DNA from: an uncultured Nitrospirales bacterium
GTDB lineage: Bacteria > Hydrogenedentota > Hydrogenedentia > Hydrogenedentales > SCBR16-9
Reading direction: 5' to 3'
NCBI GenBank assembly: GCA_964537975.1
Contig: CAZIDP010000053.1
Location: 1-33,063 of the forward strand
Length of the DNA: 33,063 bases
Part shown: positions 18,232-27,720 of the stretch, in pieces
How positions within the stretch are numbered: position 1 is the first letter of the stretch
Layout: each line of letters opens with the position of its first letter
Position numbers and translations under genes: made by a program
The notes under the pieces: generated by a model
What the model was told of the DNA's origin: nothing
The model's database searches: none
Seen by the model: only the letters and a program-made list of their open reading frames with translations

Positions 18232-21153
18232 TCAGTTCAGGCTTGGTTCCACTATTTCGCCGTGTTGCTGCGCTTCAATGCTTTCATAGGCACCATAGAA
18301 CTCAGAGTTGGCATCGAGCCAAATTATGAGTCGCCTGAGTTCTTCATCTGTCAAGTGTACCTCTGGATGGGATTCGGTAAGATGCGTCATGAGCTTTGAT
18401 GCCCGGGCACCAAATTCACCTGGAATTGTTCGGCTGCCATCAATATGAAAAGAGCCATTGGTTACCTGAAAGTAGAAGCCAAATTCAGCGGCCAGATTAT
18501 TATAAGCGCGACTGAAACCATTCTCTTCGATGTCGCCACTCAAATCAGGTGCATCGGGATGTTCCAGGTGACACGATACGCAGCCTCGATCAAGCACCGG
18601 TTGCACAAGGCGTACAAAAGAGAAAGGATTGGAGCCTTCAGGTTCGGGAGTAATGGGTGACGGTGCTCTTGTAAAGGCTGAAGGGAAATGTGTAGCAAGA
18701 TACGTGCTGTGTTTGTTCTCATGGCATCCAAGGCAAGTTAACTGCTCTCCGGGATGTACATAGGTAGCGGAGCGCATTGATTGGACGGCCATACCCTGTT
18801 CGTCCAGTGCCTGAAAATAGATAGCTTTACCTACAGGTGCTTCGAAGTAGGCACTGCCATCGGGTTCAACCGGTACAGTGCCAAGAATGGCCCGGGCGTT
18901 GGTCTGCTGGGCTACACCAATGCGTGGTACATTGGGAGCCGGTGTGGTCTTGGGCAAGACCTGTATGATACGCAAAGCGTGGATTTTTGTGTTGGGAGGC
19001 CAGTCAAAATCACTTTCATAAACATTGACCACCTGGATAGTCGCAGGTGGGTCTCCACCGGCTTTCTGACGGGCCAGCGCGGTCTGGGTAGTTTTTGTGG
19101 GTATAATCTGTGGCTTAGGTCGCGCTTGCAGCGGCATGGGACTGATACAAGATATTTCAGGGTCCCGATATATTAATTCACGATTGCCATTGGCATCTAA
19201 CCAGAAGATGCCCCGGTTCTTTGCCTCTGCATCATATACACACAGATAATCCATTTCGCTGAGTGGCCAGGGTGTTCCATAAACCATACCTTCCCGCCCC
19301 ATCAGCTCTGACTCCGGAAAAGGTGTCTCTGGAGTTAGACGGGTAACTTGCGACATAGCTCCATCATCTTCAATCCGCGTATCGATCAGCACCAACGAAC
19401 CAAACTCATGACCATGATGGGCAGCGGCCACGGCAACATAGCGGTGTGACTCTGGAATTGCGCGTATCTGCATTTCCATCCAGGGGCGATCCTGACGACG
19501 GTTTCCAGGGTAATTTCCGTGCAATGAACGCGGGTCCCGTCCATCGGGAAATGTGATCCACTTGTGGTGGGCGACGTTGGTGTCACGATCGACATAATCC
19601 CAGCGCGTGTAGACAATCATTCCGTCATGGTTCACACTGGGATTCCATTCATGCGTTTCGTGAAAACTTAAACAAACGATATCACTTCCATCCGGCTCCA
19701 TTGAGAACAATGTATAAACTGGACAATGTCGACCACAACGAAGGAATCCCCCCCTGCGTTCAGAGATAAATGCGATTCGTCCATCTGGCAGCACACAAGG
19801 ATCAAAGTCATTTTCAGGCCCATCTGTCAACTGCATCAGCCCCGTGCCATCCGCATTCACCTTGAAGATATGGAAACTGGTTTCTGGGGTCCAGGCTTCT
19901 TCCGGAGGTGGGTCATTGTATTCGGGATTTCCAGGCTGACCTTCTGCCTGTGTGTAGGCAAAATAAACAGTTTCCCCATCAAAACTTACCTCAGGTGAAA
20001 GAAATGAACCCCCATCCAGCGCGGTTCCTGCCAGACGGCCTTTTTCTACCTGCGAGTCTTCCAGGAAATTGCGCAGGCTTGGTTCTGCCCCAAAAGGATC
20101 ATTTAATATATAAAGGCCCCCTCCAGGAATAGCGTTAAATCCATAGTACTGATCGCACATGTGAAATTCACCACCGGGATCATGCCGTTTAACAAACAGT
20201 AGTTGATTTATATTTTGTAAGAGAGGGTTCAGAAAAGCGATGTCACGCAGAAGCCATCTGGATGCCAGGTATAGTTCTTTTCGGGCAACAGCATCCGGCA
20301 AAGTTTCTGCATCTTGCCAATCTTGTAATTTGGCTCGCAGAACATCCTGCGTTTCCAGCAAATTTTCCAATATGGATGTCGGAATTTCTGTTGCCAGTCG
20401 ACGCATAAGCACATCCGCACGATTGAGTATTGCTTTTGTATGGACCAGTGAGAACTCCGGCACTTGAAATAACAATGAATCTGACTTTGAATAGGGCCCC
20501 GTGCTTATCTGATCGGCCGGGCGCCCCAGTGCTATGTTAACTTCCGGCGCATCGGTTCCATATACCTCAACTTCGACCAGGGCAAATGAACATTGACCGG
20601 GTACCATGAGCCGTATAATACGACCATATACGGGTTGTTTTACAAAAGATACGTGTAATGGCGCGTCTTCGTTGGCGCCATAAAAAACGGTACCATCGTG
20701 TTGATAGACCATTTCAAAAGTATCGGAATGGGCATTGTCAGGTGCATCATGTGATACCAGAATTTGCAGGTGACGTGTTCGCTCTGCAGTACCGGGACAA
20801 GTACGGTTGTAGACCACAACACGGTCTATCATGTTAACTGATCCCAAGTCGACCTGCCACCAAGGGTTTGTTTCGTTGCTGGCTGTGTGAAATCCGAAGT
20901 CAATTGCTTTGTTGCCATTAACTGCGCCAGCGGCGTCCTGGATTGTTGTAACGGGGCCATCGGGTAAAGCGGCTTTGTTAAAGCGAATGTCCTCGGCAAT
21001 CCACTCTGCTTCGACCTGTTCTATGATAGTCGCTCGAACTATTTCTTCAGCGCAAGGTGCTTCTGAAAAGACCAATAATAGCCCAGACATGAGGACTCCA
21101 ATGAAGAAAGATTCGTAACAATACCCATATGTTGCACGATGCTTCTTTGACAT
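18232..21153 (-). CDS. large secreted multidomain protein: signal peptide, F5/8 type C (discoidin) domain, TolB/PD40-like beta-propeller, and a C-terminal planctomycete-type cytochrome c (PSCyt1-like) region with two CxxCH heme-binding motifs
   Basis: Discoidin-like block NKAIDFGFHTASNETNPWWQVDLG...VVVYNR. PD40-like repeats (VSFDGETVYFAY, CVLPDGRIAFISERRGG, SVNHDGMIVYTRWDY). Heme motifs CLGCH (plus-strand nt about 18724-18738) and CVSCH (about 18568-18582). PSCyt1-like ending VQPVLDRGCVSCH...LTDEELRRLIIWLDANSEFYG. Confidence 0.8.
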   Translation of the reverse strand: MSKKHRATYGYCYESFFIGVLMSGLLLVFSEAPCAEEIVRATIIEQVEAEWIAEDIRFNKAALPDGPVTTIQDAAGAVNGNKAIDFGFHTASNETNPWWQVDLGSVNMIDRVVVYNRTCPGTAERTRHLQILVSHDAPDNAHSDTFEMVYQHDGTVFYGANEDAPLHVSFVKQPVYGRIIRLMVPGQCSFALVEVEVYGTDAPEVNIALGRPADQISTGPYSKSDSLLFQVPEFSLVHTKAILNRADVLMRRLATEIPTSILENLLETQDVLRAKLQDWQDAETLPDAVARKELYLASRWLLRDIAFLNPLLQNINQLLFVKRHDPGGEFHMCDQYYGFNAIPGGGLYILNDPFGAEPSLRNFLEDSQVEKGRLAGTALDGGSFLSPEVSFDGETVYFAYTQAEGQPGNPEYNDPPPEEAWTPETSFHIFKVNADGTGLMQLTDGPENDFDPCVLPDGRIAFISERRGGFLRCGRHCPVYTLFSMEPDGSDIVCLSFHETHEWNPSVNHDGMIVYTRWDYVDRDTNVAHHKWITFPDGRDPRSLHGNYPGNRRQDRPWMEMQIRAIPESHRYVAVAAAHHGHEFGSLVLIDTRIEDDGAMSQVTRLTPETPFPESELMGREGMVYGTPWPLSEMDYLCVYDAEAKNRGIFWLDANGNRELIYRDPEISCISPMPLQARPKPQIIPTKTTQTALARQKAGGDPPATIQVVNVYESDFDWPPNTKIHALRIIQVLPKTTPAPNVPRIGVAQQTNARAILGTVPVEPDGSAYFEAPVGKAIYFQALDEQGMAVQSMRSATYVHPGEQLTCLGCHENKHSTYLATHFPSAFTRAPSPITPEPEGSNPFSFVRLVQPVLDRGCVSCHLEHPDAPDLSGDIEENGFSRAYNNLAAEFGFYFQVTNGSFHIDGSRTIPGEFGARASKLMTHLTESHPEVHLTDEELRRLIIWLDANSEFYGAYESIEAQQHGEIVEPSLN

Positions 21154-21492
21154 GATTTATCCCCCGGGCTGATACATTTTTTCTGTAATCATCCTACATC
21201 TAGCTGGAGTCTCCTTTCAAGCATTTAAAATGTTCTTACTATGGACAAACCAGGCTTCTATGCTAAGCTAAAACTGCCTGACGAAATACTGAGTCGTAAT
21301 CAAAAAGGAACAACCAGATCAAGTTTGCTTGACTCAGACAAGCTGCTAAAATACTATTTCACGCCTATTAAAACATTAAAAAAATAGTCCTGTTATGCAA
21401 GAAAAGGGTAAAGAAACATGTGGAACTAACGCGCAATTTTGTTTCGGATAAACCGGGCACAGTACACAGAATAAAAATTGATTGAGGTTCAA

Positions 21493-22752
21493 ATGAAATT
21501 AAAATACAAAGAATATTCGATTCGCATGTTCATGGTCTTTGTATCATTGCTGGTAGGATATCTGATAATAGAGTCTGGATTGCGGTTACTGTTCTTCCAG
21601 AGTATCCGATGGCCGGGGGTGCATTATCAACCCATGCTGATCAAACCTGACCCGGATGTAGGTTGGATACTTAATCCCAACCAGATCGCATACCGGGAAA
21701 GCCTTGATTTTCGTGTAGTGCTGGAGGTGAATTCTGAAGGTATGCGCGATAGAGAACATCCACTAGAGAAAGAACCAGGTGTATTTCGAATAGCGCTGCT
21801 TGGTGATTCTTTTATGGAGGCATCGCATGTTGATGAGTCAGATGCCTTTTATTTTGTGCTGGAAACACTATTACGTGAACGCGGTTATAATGTCGAAGTA
21901 TTAAATTTTGGGGTTGCGGCATATGGTAGTGCGCAATCCAGAATTCGTCTTGAGCGCGATGCATTACGTTACGATCCGGACCTTATCCTGTATGGTTTTT
22001 TTGGAGAAAATGACCTTGTGGAAAACCACCTGGAGTTAACGATGCGGCTGTGGGGAGCAGATGACTGGCGGGCATTTGCGCGACCATACGCACACTTGAA
22101 TGAAGAGGGTGGGCTGGTTATTACACCACCGGATTATGTCAAGGCAAGACAGGAATTCGATGCCCACCTGCAGCGCACGATGCCTCTTATTATGCGTATA
22201 CCCTTTTTTGATCAGAGTGTTACCTCGCAGACTTTTCGGCAAATACGACGTTCATTTCAACAGCGAGTGTTCATGCCGGGTCATGATCCAAACATTTCAC
22301 TGGGAAGCCATTTGATAAACTTTGAACCAGCCTTACGTCGAGATAAAGACATGACAGAATCCATGTACCGGCAGTATTGGGAAGAAGCCCGCGCAATTAA
22401 TGAAGTTGTATTAATAGAGATGTACCGCATTACCAAAGAATATAATATTCCGTTGGCACTGTTTACTGTACCCTCAAAAGTACAGGTCGAGCCGAATTAT
22501 CAGGAGCGTGTATATGACATGTATCCCGGATTGGAATTCGATTGGGAACTTACAGAGCATGCAGTGTTGGCACTTGCAGACAAGCAAGGATTTTTTGCGT
22601 TGAATCTCGTACCAGCATTTCAGGAGGAGCATTTGGCGACCAGTAAAATGTTGCATTACCATCGTGCCGACACACATTGGAATCCACTTGGGCATCACTT
22701 TGCTGCATCACGTGTGGCTGACTGGCTGATCGAGCAGGCGTTGGTACAATAA
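21493..22752 (+). CDS. membrane-anchored SGNH/GDSL-like hydrolase or acyltransferase family protein (AlgX/AlgJ- or DHHW-like)
   Basis: N-terminal TM helix. Block I LLGDSFMEAS and a C-terminal RADTHWNPLGHHF (Asp/His block). ATG at 21493 preceded by GAGG; the track ORF starts at an upstream TTG at 21478. Confidence 0.7.
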   Translation: MKLKYKEYSIRMFMVFVSLLVGYLIIESGLRLLFFQSIRWPGVHYQPMLIKPDPDVGWILNPNQIAYRESLDFRVVLEVNSEGMRDREHPLEKEPGVFRIALLGDSFMEASHVDESDAFYFVLETLLRERGYNVEVLNFGVAAYGSAQSRIRLERDALRYDPDLILYGFFGENDLVENHLELTMRLWGADDWRAFARPYAHLNEEGGLVITPPDYVKARQEFDAHLQRTMPLIMRIPFFDQSVTSQTFRQIRRSFQQRVFMPGHDPNISLGSHLINFEPALRRDKDMTESMYRQYWEEARAINEVVLIEMYRITKEYNIPLALFTVPSKVQVEPNYQERVYDMYPGLEFDWELTEHAVLALADKQGFFALNLVPAFQEEHLATSKMLHYHRADTHWNPLGHHFAASRVADWLIEQALVQ

Positions 22753-22787
22753 TTAAAAGCAATTATCAAATGTCGTCGTTCAATATA

Positions 22788-23846
22788 TCATCTGCAAACG
22801 CTACCAGCAGCTTGACGCACAAGTTTGGACAAAGTTTCGATCCAGCCGGGATGAGTATTTAAAGATGGAATAAGTACAAAGTCTTCTCCACCTGCTTCGA
22901 GAAATTTTTCTTTAGCAGCCATACCCAGTTCTTCCAAAGTTTCCAGACAATCAGCCACAAATGCCGGTGAAATTATAGCCAGGCGTTTAATACCATCATT
23001 TGCCAATTTTACGATTGTGTCTTCTGTAGATGGTTCCAACCAAGCATCACGACCCAATCGAGATTGAAATGAAACCGTATATTGCTCAGCAGACATGCCC
23101 AACTTGTCAACCAATGCGTGTGCAGTAACCATACAATGGCGCCTGTAACACAGTTGATTATCTCGAACTGGCATGTCACAACAATTTTTCTGGAGCAGGC
23201 AATGCTTTCCAGATTTGTCAGCTTTGAGTATCTGCCTTTCAGGTAGTCCATGAAAACTGAATAGTACTTTATCCGGATTAAAGTCTATAAGATACGGCCT
23301 TGCAACAGATGCCCAGGAATCAAGATAGTCTGGATCATTATAAAAAGGAGGCACAACCGATAGTGTCGGTACATTCCATTTAGTACCACAATATTCATAG
23401 ACCCGATTTAAAACAGCACCGGTTGTTGCTGAAGCAAATTGGGGAAATAGTGGCACGATGATCAAGTGGTTTACACCAAGATTAATCAGGGCATCTATAC
23501 CATCTTCTATGGAAGGTGTACCATAGGCCATTCCAAGCGCTACCGGAACATTAATTAATTCTTTGCTCAGAGCATCACGGCAATCTTCGCTTATAGCTAT
23601 TAATGGAGAACCACGCTCAGTCCATATTGCTTTATACGCAGCCGCAGTGCGTTTGGGACGAAGAGGCAATATTATCAGGTTGACCAATATCCAACGTTTC
23701 CATGCAGGTATATCAATGATACGCGGGTCGGATAAAAATTGTTTAAGGTAAGCCCTGGTCTCACGTACTTCAGGAGCAGACGAGGAACCCGTGTTGAGTA
23801 ATAAAACACCATAAGGTTGTTCTGTCATATGGTCTTGGATTTTCAT
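22788..23846 (-). CDS. hemH: ferrochelatase (protoheme ferro-lyase)
   Basis: GVLLLNTGSSSAPEVRETRAYLKQFLSDPRIIDIP...YKAIWTERGSPL and the conserved C-terminal half. The Met at 23828 is an alternative start. Confidence 0.9.
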   Translation of the reverse strand: MKIQDHMTEQPYGVLLLNTGSSSAPEVRETRAYLKQFLSDPRIIDIPAWKRWILVNLIILPLRPKRTAAAYKAIWTERGSPLIAISEDCRDALSKELINVPVALGMAYGTPSIEDGIDALINLGVNHLIIVPLFPQFASATTGAVLNRVYEYCGTKWNVPTLSVVPPFYNDPDYLDSWASVARPYLIDFNPDKVLFSFHGLPERQILKADKSGKHCLLQKNCCDMPVRDNQLCYRRHCMVTAHALVDKLGMSAEQYTVSFQSRLGRDAWLEPSTEDTIVKLANDGIKRLAIISPAFVADCLETLEELGMAAKEKFLEAGGEDFVLIPSLNTHPGWIETLSKLVRQAAGSVCR

Positions 23847-24048
23847 TTGTAAGTCTTCGTTTTATTGTTCAAAATTTCCAGATATTGATACAGCGCTCCA
23901 ACAGCATGAATGTTCAGTAAATACATTATTGTTGATGGGGACTTAATTTATTTCAATATACCAATGCAGCCTTAATGCTAAAAAAAAAGGACATGACTAT
24001 ATTTAATAACCATGACCTACACAGTATTGATATGAACAATATATAATT

Positions 24049-24471
24049 TTATTCTATTTCAGCACGTACTTCATCTATAGATTCACCAAACAATTCGGCA
24101 CATTCTTCGATTTCTACATCCAGCTCTGACTGTAATGTAGCGATGGTTTCTGCCTTTGAACGTAACGCAGAAATAGCTTGTTCACGAAATGATTCCATTT
24201 GACGTTTGATCGCGCCGATGTCCATCTTGCCACTTTGTGCCAAACGTTTTGGACTGCTTCCTGAAGCAGCGCCACGACGTGATACGACTGGCAACCAACT
24301 ACGAAGTGCGGCTTCGCTGGGTGGATTCTTCACACCACGGCTTTTTAATTCAACCAATGCGGCATCTATAACTTTAGTCTTATTCATGCCGTCTTCATTC
24401 AATTTGTCCAACATCCATTGTATTATTTCATCTTTAAGAGCAGGATCATTGAACTTAGCTTTTTGTGCCAT
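24049..24471 (-). CDS. hypothetical 140 aa protein (helical N-domain, basic S/G/R-rich linker, acidic coiled-coil C-terminus), probably highly expressed
   Basis: ATG with a perfect AAGGAG SD at 9 nt and a near-consensus promoter. I did not recognise a family. Confidence 0.65.
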   Translation of the reverse strand: MAQKAKFNDPALKDEIIQWMLDKLNEDGMNKTKVIDAALVELKSRGVKNPPSEAALRSWLPVVSRRGAASGSSPKRLAQSGKMDIGAIKRQMESFREQAISALRSKAETIATLQSELDVEIEECAELFGESIDEVRAEIE

Positions 24472-24515
24472 AATTATAAACTCCTTATTGGATAGTTAAT
24501 TGTACATTGGGGCAT

Positions 24516-24545
24516 AGTATAATGATTAGTATTCCTTTATGTCAA
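24516..24545 (-). promoter_or_regulatory. near-consensus sigma70 promoter TTGACA-18 nt-TATACT driving the 140 aa gene
   Basis: On the minus strand, -35 TTGACA is the reverse complement of 24540-24545 and -10 TATACT the reverse complement of 24516-24521. Confidence 0.5.
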
Positions 24546-24657
24546 GATTTTTTACTCGTTAGTATATTAATTTCCAGATAATAATTTTTACACCTACATT
24601 CAATTCAATACGTCATTTAGAACCAAAACCGTTTTCCATAGTACATACACAAAAATT

Positions 24658-24674
24658 AAATCAGATTGTAAAAT
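24658..24674. repeat. exact 17-mer AAATCAGATTGTAAAAT (copy 2), followed 8 nt later by TGCACAA (24683-24689)
   Basis: Identical to 5136-5152, including the downstream TGCACAA element. Confidence 0.6.
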
Positions 24675-25459
24675 TATTGAATTGCACAACTTATATGTGA
24701 TTATTGATAAAATATACACTTGTTGAAGTCGTAACAGACTTGCTCGTTTGTTCTTCAGAATAATTAAATGGGACAATTATGGTATGACCAACATTTTTTG
24801 CAGGAACAATTCTGTTATGGAATTTTATACCCTTTTCATTGTAGGGTAGCACCTGTTGATTAATACAGCCATGCTTTTTAAAATTAAATACAGAAAGGAA
24901 TACTTTTAAAACTGTATTCTATAGATATTACTATTAGAATTTGGAAATCAAGTGATACTGAATTCAATTAGCCTTAGCAGTTTTATGTTTACTTTATTAC
25001 AAACAAATAGTTACCGGACGCCAAAAGCTGTATCTTCATTTGGTCATAATACCATGGTGTGGACACATATCATTCCAGCCAGTCACATTCAATAAGTGTA
25101 AAAAATGTAAGCAGTATAATCATGGAAAAATGCCAATTTCGATTGGAACATACGCAGTATGATTTTTTCAGAATAAATTAGAAATGTCAGGATCCATTGG
25201 ATTTATTTTACTATTTCTGGCATATGGCAGGTCGATATTTATGATTAAAGTGAGTATGTTTGTGCTTTTATGAAACTATAGCTACCTTGATACAAATTCA
25301 TGCAGAAAATTGATCAAAATAGTGTGTGCAACCAATCATGAATACGTGATTTATATGATGATATATTTTTGTTTTGCTACAGCTCTTTTTATCAACACAA
25401 GTCTGGAGTCCAAAGGTATACAAAGATCTCCTCAAAGTTTATAATCAAGAGTACAGCAG

Positions 25460-26149
25460 ATGAAATCGATTACTTCGCAACAAGAAGAGTCCATGACTGG
25501 TGTACAACACATAAGTAGATGGCCCCAGACATTAATATTGTGTTTATTCGCGATCATTATTTGGCTCGGCGTTGGCTTTAGTCTGGGATGGTATTATACC
25601 TTCACCTATTATGGTCGGACCGGCATCCCCATTCCATTTCCCGAAGTGTTTTCAGCGCTGGTGCTATATTATTTTTCGGTACTGAATGCTGACACAGAAA
25701 TTCAAGCGATTCATTGGATGGTTGTATTCCCACTGGCCGGAGCTTTGTGGGTTGCATCTCTGCGGTGGGTAGCAACAGCAATGGGATATGAGAAATCAAA
25801 CTTTGCCAACGTTTACATGCGTTTTTCATTGGCAGCATTACCAGTAGCCTTGCCTGCTCCCGTCTTGGCCTGGCTTGCTGGACAGTATAATGGCGGCTTC
25901 GACTGGCAACGTATGTTGAATGTAGCCTTACGACGTGTCCATACAGGCCCCTGGTGGTGGCTTACGCCGCTCTTTCTGGGTCTGGGGGTGACCGTTTTGG
26001 TCTTCCAGCTCATTCAATATCGCAGAACGTTTCCCATGCCAATAAAGCACGCCAGTCGCCACATACCCCTTGCAGCCATCGTGCTTTCGGTCACCTCAAT
26101 CCTGCTGGGCACCCTGGCCTCGATCCCCCTGCGCTGGTGGATAGAATGA
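25460..26149 (+). CDS. hypothetical multi-pass membrane protein (about 6 TM helices, Trp-rich)
   Basis: 229 aa ORF with clear hydrophobic helices. Weak RBS. No recognisable family. Confidence 0.6.
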   Translation: MKSITSQQEESMTGVQHISRWPQTLILCLFAIIIWLGVGFSLGWYYTFTYYGRTGIPIPFPEVFSALVLYYFSVLNADTEIQAIHWMVVFPLAGALWVASLRWVATAMGYEKSNFANVYMRFSLAALPVALPAPVLAWLAGQYNGGFDWQRMLNVALRRVHTGPWWWLTPLFLGLGVTVLVFQLIQYRRTFPMPIKHASRHIPLAAIVLSVTSILLGTLASIPLRWWIE

Positions 26150-26271
26150 GGTTGATAGCTTAATGATTATAATGTAGTTGCGCAAGTGTATAACAAAAGG
26201 GAAAGACCCCACTTAGCTAATACGCTTGAGACAGTGACCTCAGATGAATTTGTGTTGAAGGCGAGCAGGAA

Positions 26272-27414
26272 TTATTCAATTTCGGCATCAATTAGTGGTT
26301 TTGTTATTGCTACAAGTTCATTGAAAGCTGTCAAAATTAGCTGCTTGTCGTTTGTTATAACCTTTTCAATGCCAAAACTAATATTTCTTTCATAATATTT
26401 GAAATTATATTCTTCAATTGCTTTTAACTTGATCTTTATATTTTGCAGTGCGCTTTCAGTCAATCCTTTAGACAATAAATGGTTCGAATTTCCCTCAAGC
26501 CTTATCACCATATTGGATTTATACTCAGAATGATTATCATAAAGCCACATTCTATAACTTAAACCCCAGTTATCCCAAAAATCATTATTTTGATACCACA
26601 GGTTGAAATAACGGAAATTGTTGCCGACCCCCGCCCACCTGCTTTTTTTGTCAGGCAAAGTGCTACCTAACTCATCCTTTAATTGTTCATACAACTCCTC
26701 AAAATATGCAGAAATTTCATCATATTTCTTCCCTGAACCCAACCCATCCCCTTTAAACGGTTTCTGAGCAGCAGATATTAACAAATCTTCAATACCAGGA
26801 ACAGGTAAGATCGTTGTAGATTGGATATAATATGATTGTTTATCTTTGTCATAAAATGGAATTAATTGAACACATTTAATATCTATATCGTACTCATTGA
26901 TCAACCAGTTAACAGCTGATGTTACCTCTTTAGCAAATCGATGAGAAACCAGAATGATTCGTTGTTTCTGGTTGATATCTGACAAATTGTCTTCATCAAT
27001 GAATTCTTGAAACATCTGCTTAATATATTCAGGACTCATTTCATCTTTATACTTTGAAAAATATTTTTCAGTCATGTTTACAATATCGTTGAACGTAAAA
27101 CGCGAAAGATAGGATGCATATTTTATTGCCTGCCATTCGAGATTTCTCCCAGAGTCATCACGTTTCAATTCAACAACTACGATGTTGCCATTTTTATCAA
27201 TTGCAACCAAGTCTGGTCTTTCCCGAGTACTACCAAAAAAGGAGTTCTCCTTGCTAATAATCAATAATTCTTCACCTAGTATTGCAGGATAAGATTCAAC
27301 CCATTCTTGAATATCATATCGCTCTTTAAAATTAAATGTTGAAAACTCAATTTCTTTAATTGCCATTAGTGATTTGTTTTCTTCAATTATTCTATAGAGG
27401 TTATTTGATTTCAT
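26272..27414 (-). CDS. NucS/DUF91-like PD-(D/E)xK endonuclease-domain protein with a C-terminal DUF4268-like domain; markedly AT-rich gene
   Basis: Motif ERPDLVAIDKNGNIVVVELKRDDSGRNLEWQAIKYASYL matches the NucS C-terminal nuclease core (D...E.K...Q..Y). My recollection is that the roughly 250 aa tail corresponds to DUF4268, which is typically fused to DUF91. The track ORF starts at a TTG at 27426; the ATG at 27414 with GGAG at 6 nt is preferred. Confidence 0.75.
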   Translation of the reverse strand: MKSNNLYRIIEENKSLMAIKEIEFSTFNFKERYDIQEWVESYPAILGEELLIISKENSFFGSTRERPDLVAIDKNGNIVVVELKRDDSGRNLEWQAIKYASYLSRFTFNDIVNMTEKYFSKYKDEMSPEYIKQMFQEFIDEDNLSDINQKQRIILVSHRFAKEVTSAVNWLINEYDIDIKCVQLIPFYDKDKQSYYIQSTTILPVPGIEDLLISAAQKPFKGDGLGSGKKYDEISAYFEELYEQLKDELGSTLPDKKSRWAGVGNNFRYFNLWYQNNDFWDNWGLSYRMWLYDNHSEYKSNMVIRLEGNSNHLLSKGLTESALQNIKIKLKAIEEYNFKYYERNISFGIEKVITNDKQLILTAFNELVAITKPLIDAEIE

Positions 27415-27674
27415 TGTCATCTCCAATGCATTAATTCATGGTGCATATAAACACAACCAAATAGCAGAATTGCCCTTCTTGAAAACTAACCAATGAATTT
27501 AACAAATTACTACTAATCTATTCAATGTTACCTGAGCAACTTGCTTCTAATATCTTATACATTACAATAGGTTGGAAGAAAAAGCAACCATTCTTTTATA
27601 TTGGATAATACAGCTATACTTAAAAATAATGGTAAATACAATTCTTGGTTATACTAATCTACCCACAAGCAAAT

Positions 27675-27720
27675 CCCGGGGCTGCACTTTCGTTTTGATA
27701 GAAAGTTTACGCAACCCCGG
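27675..27720 (-). terminator. GC-rich imperfect stem-loop (CCCGGGGCTGCACTTTCG...GAAAGTTTACGCAACCCCGGG) in an AT-rich spacer, 90-130 bp downstream of the flotillin stop; possible terminator or structured RNA element
   Basis: 7-bp outer stem CCCGGGG/CCCCGGG plus 6-bp inner stem ACTTTC/GAAAGT. Only a weak T-tract on the minus strand. Confidence 0.3.

Noticed and set aside
21154-21492. Short hairpin GCTTG-ACTCAGA-CAAGC and a TTGACT-17-TACTAT element in the divergent region between the cytochrome protein and the SGNH gene
   Set aside because: It is plausibly just the SGNH gene promoter. The stem is only 5 bp, so it is not reported as a feature.
24472-25459. Looked for CRISPR-like regular direct repeats, tRNA T-loop (GGTTCGAAT-like) motifs, tmRNA, SRP and RNase P signatures in this and the other long spacers
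   Set aside because: I found no periodic repeat-spacer structure and none of the conserved RNA motifs by eye. A covariance-model scan would be needed to exclude them formally.
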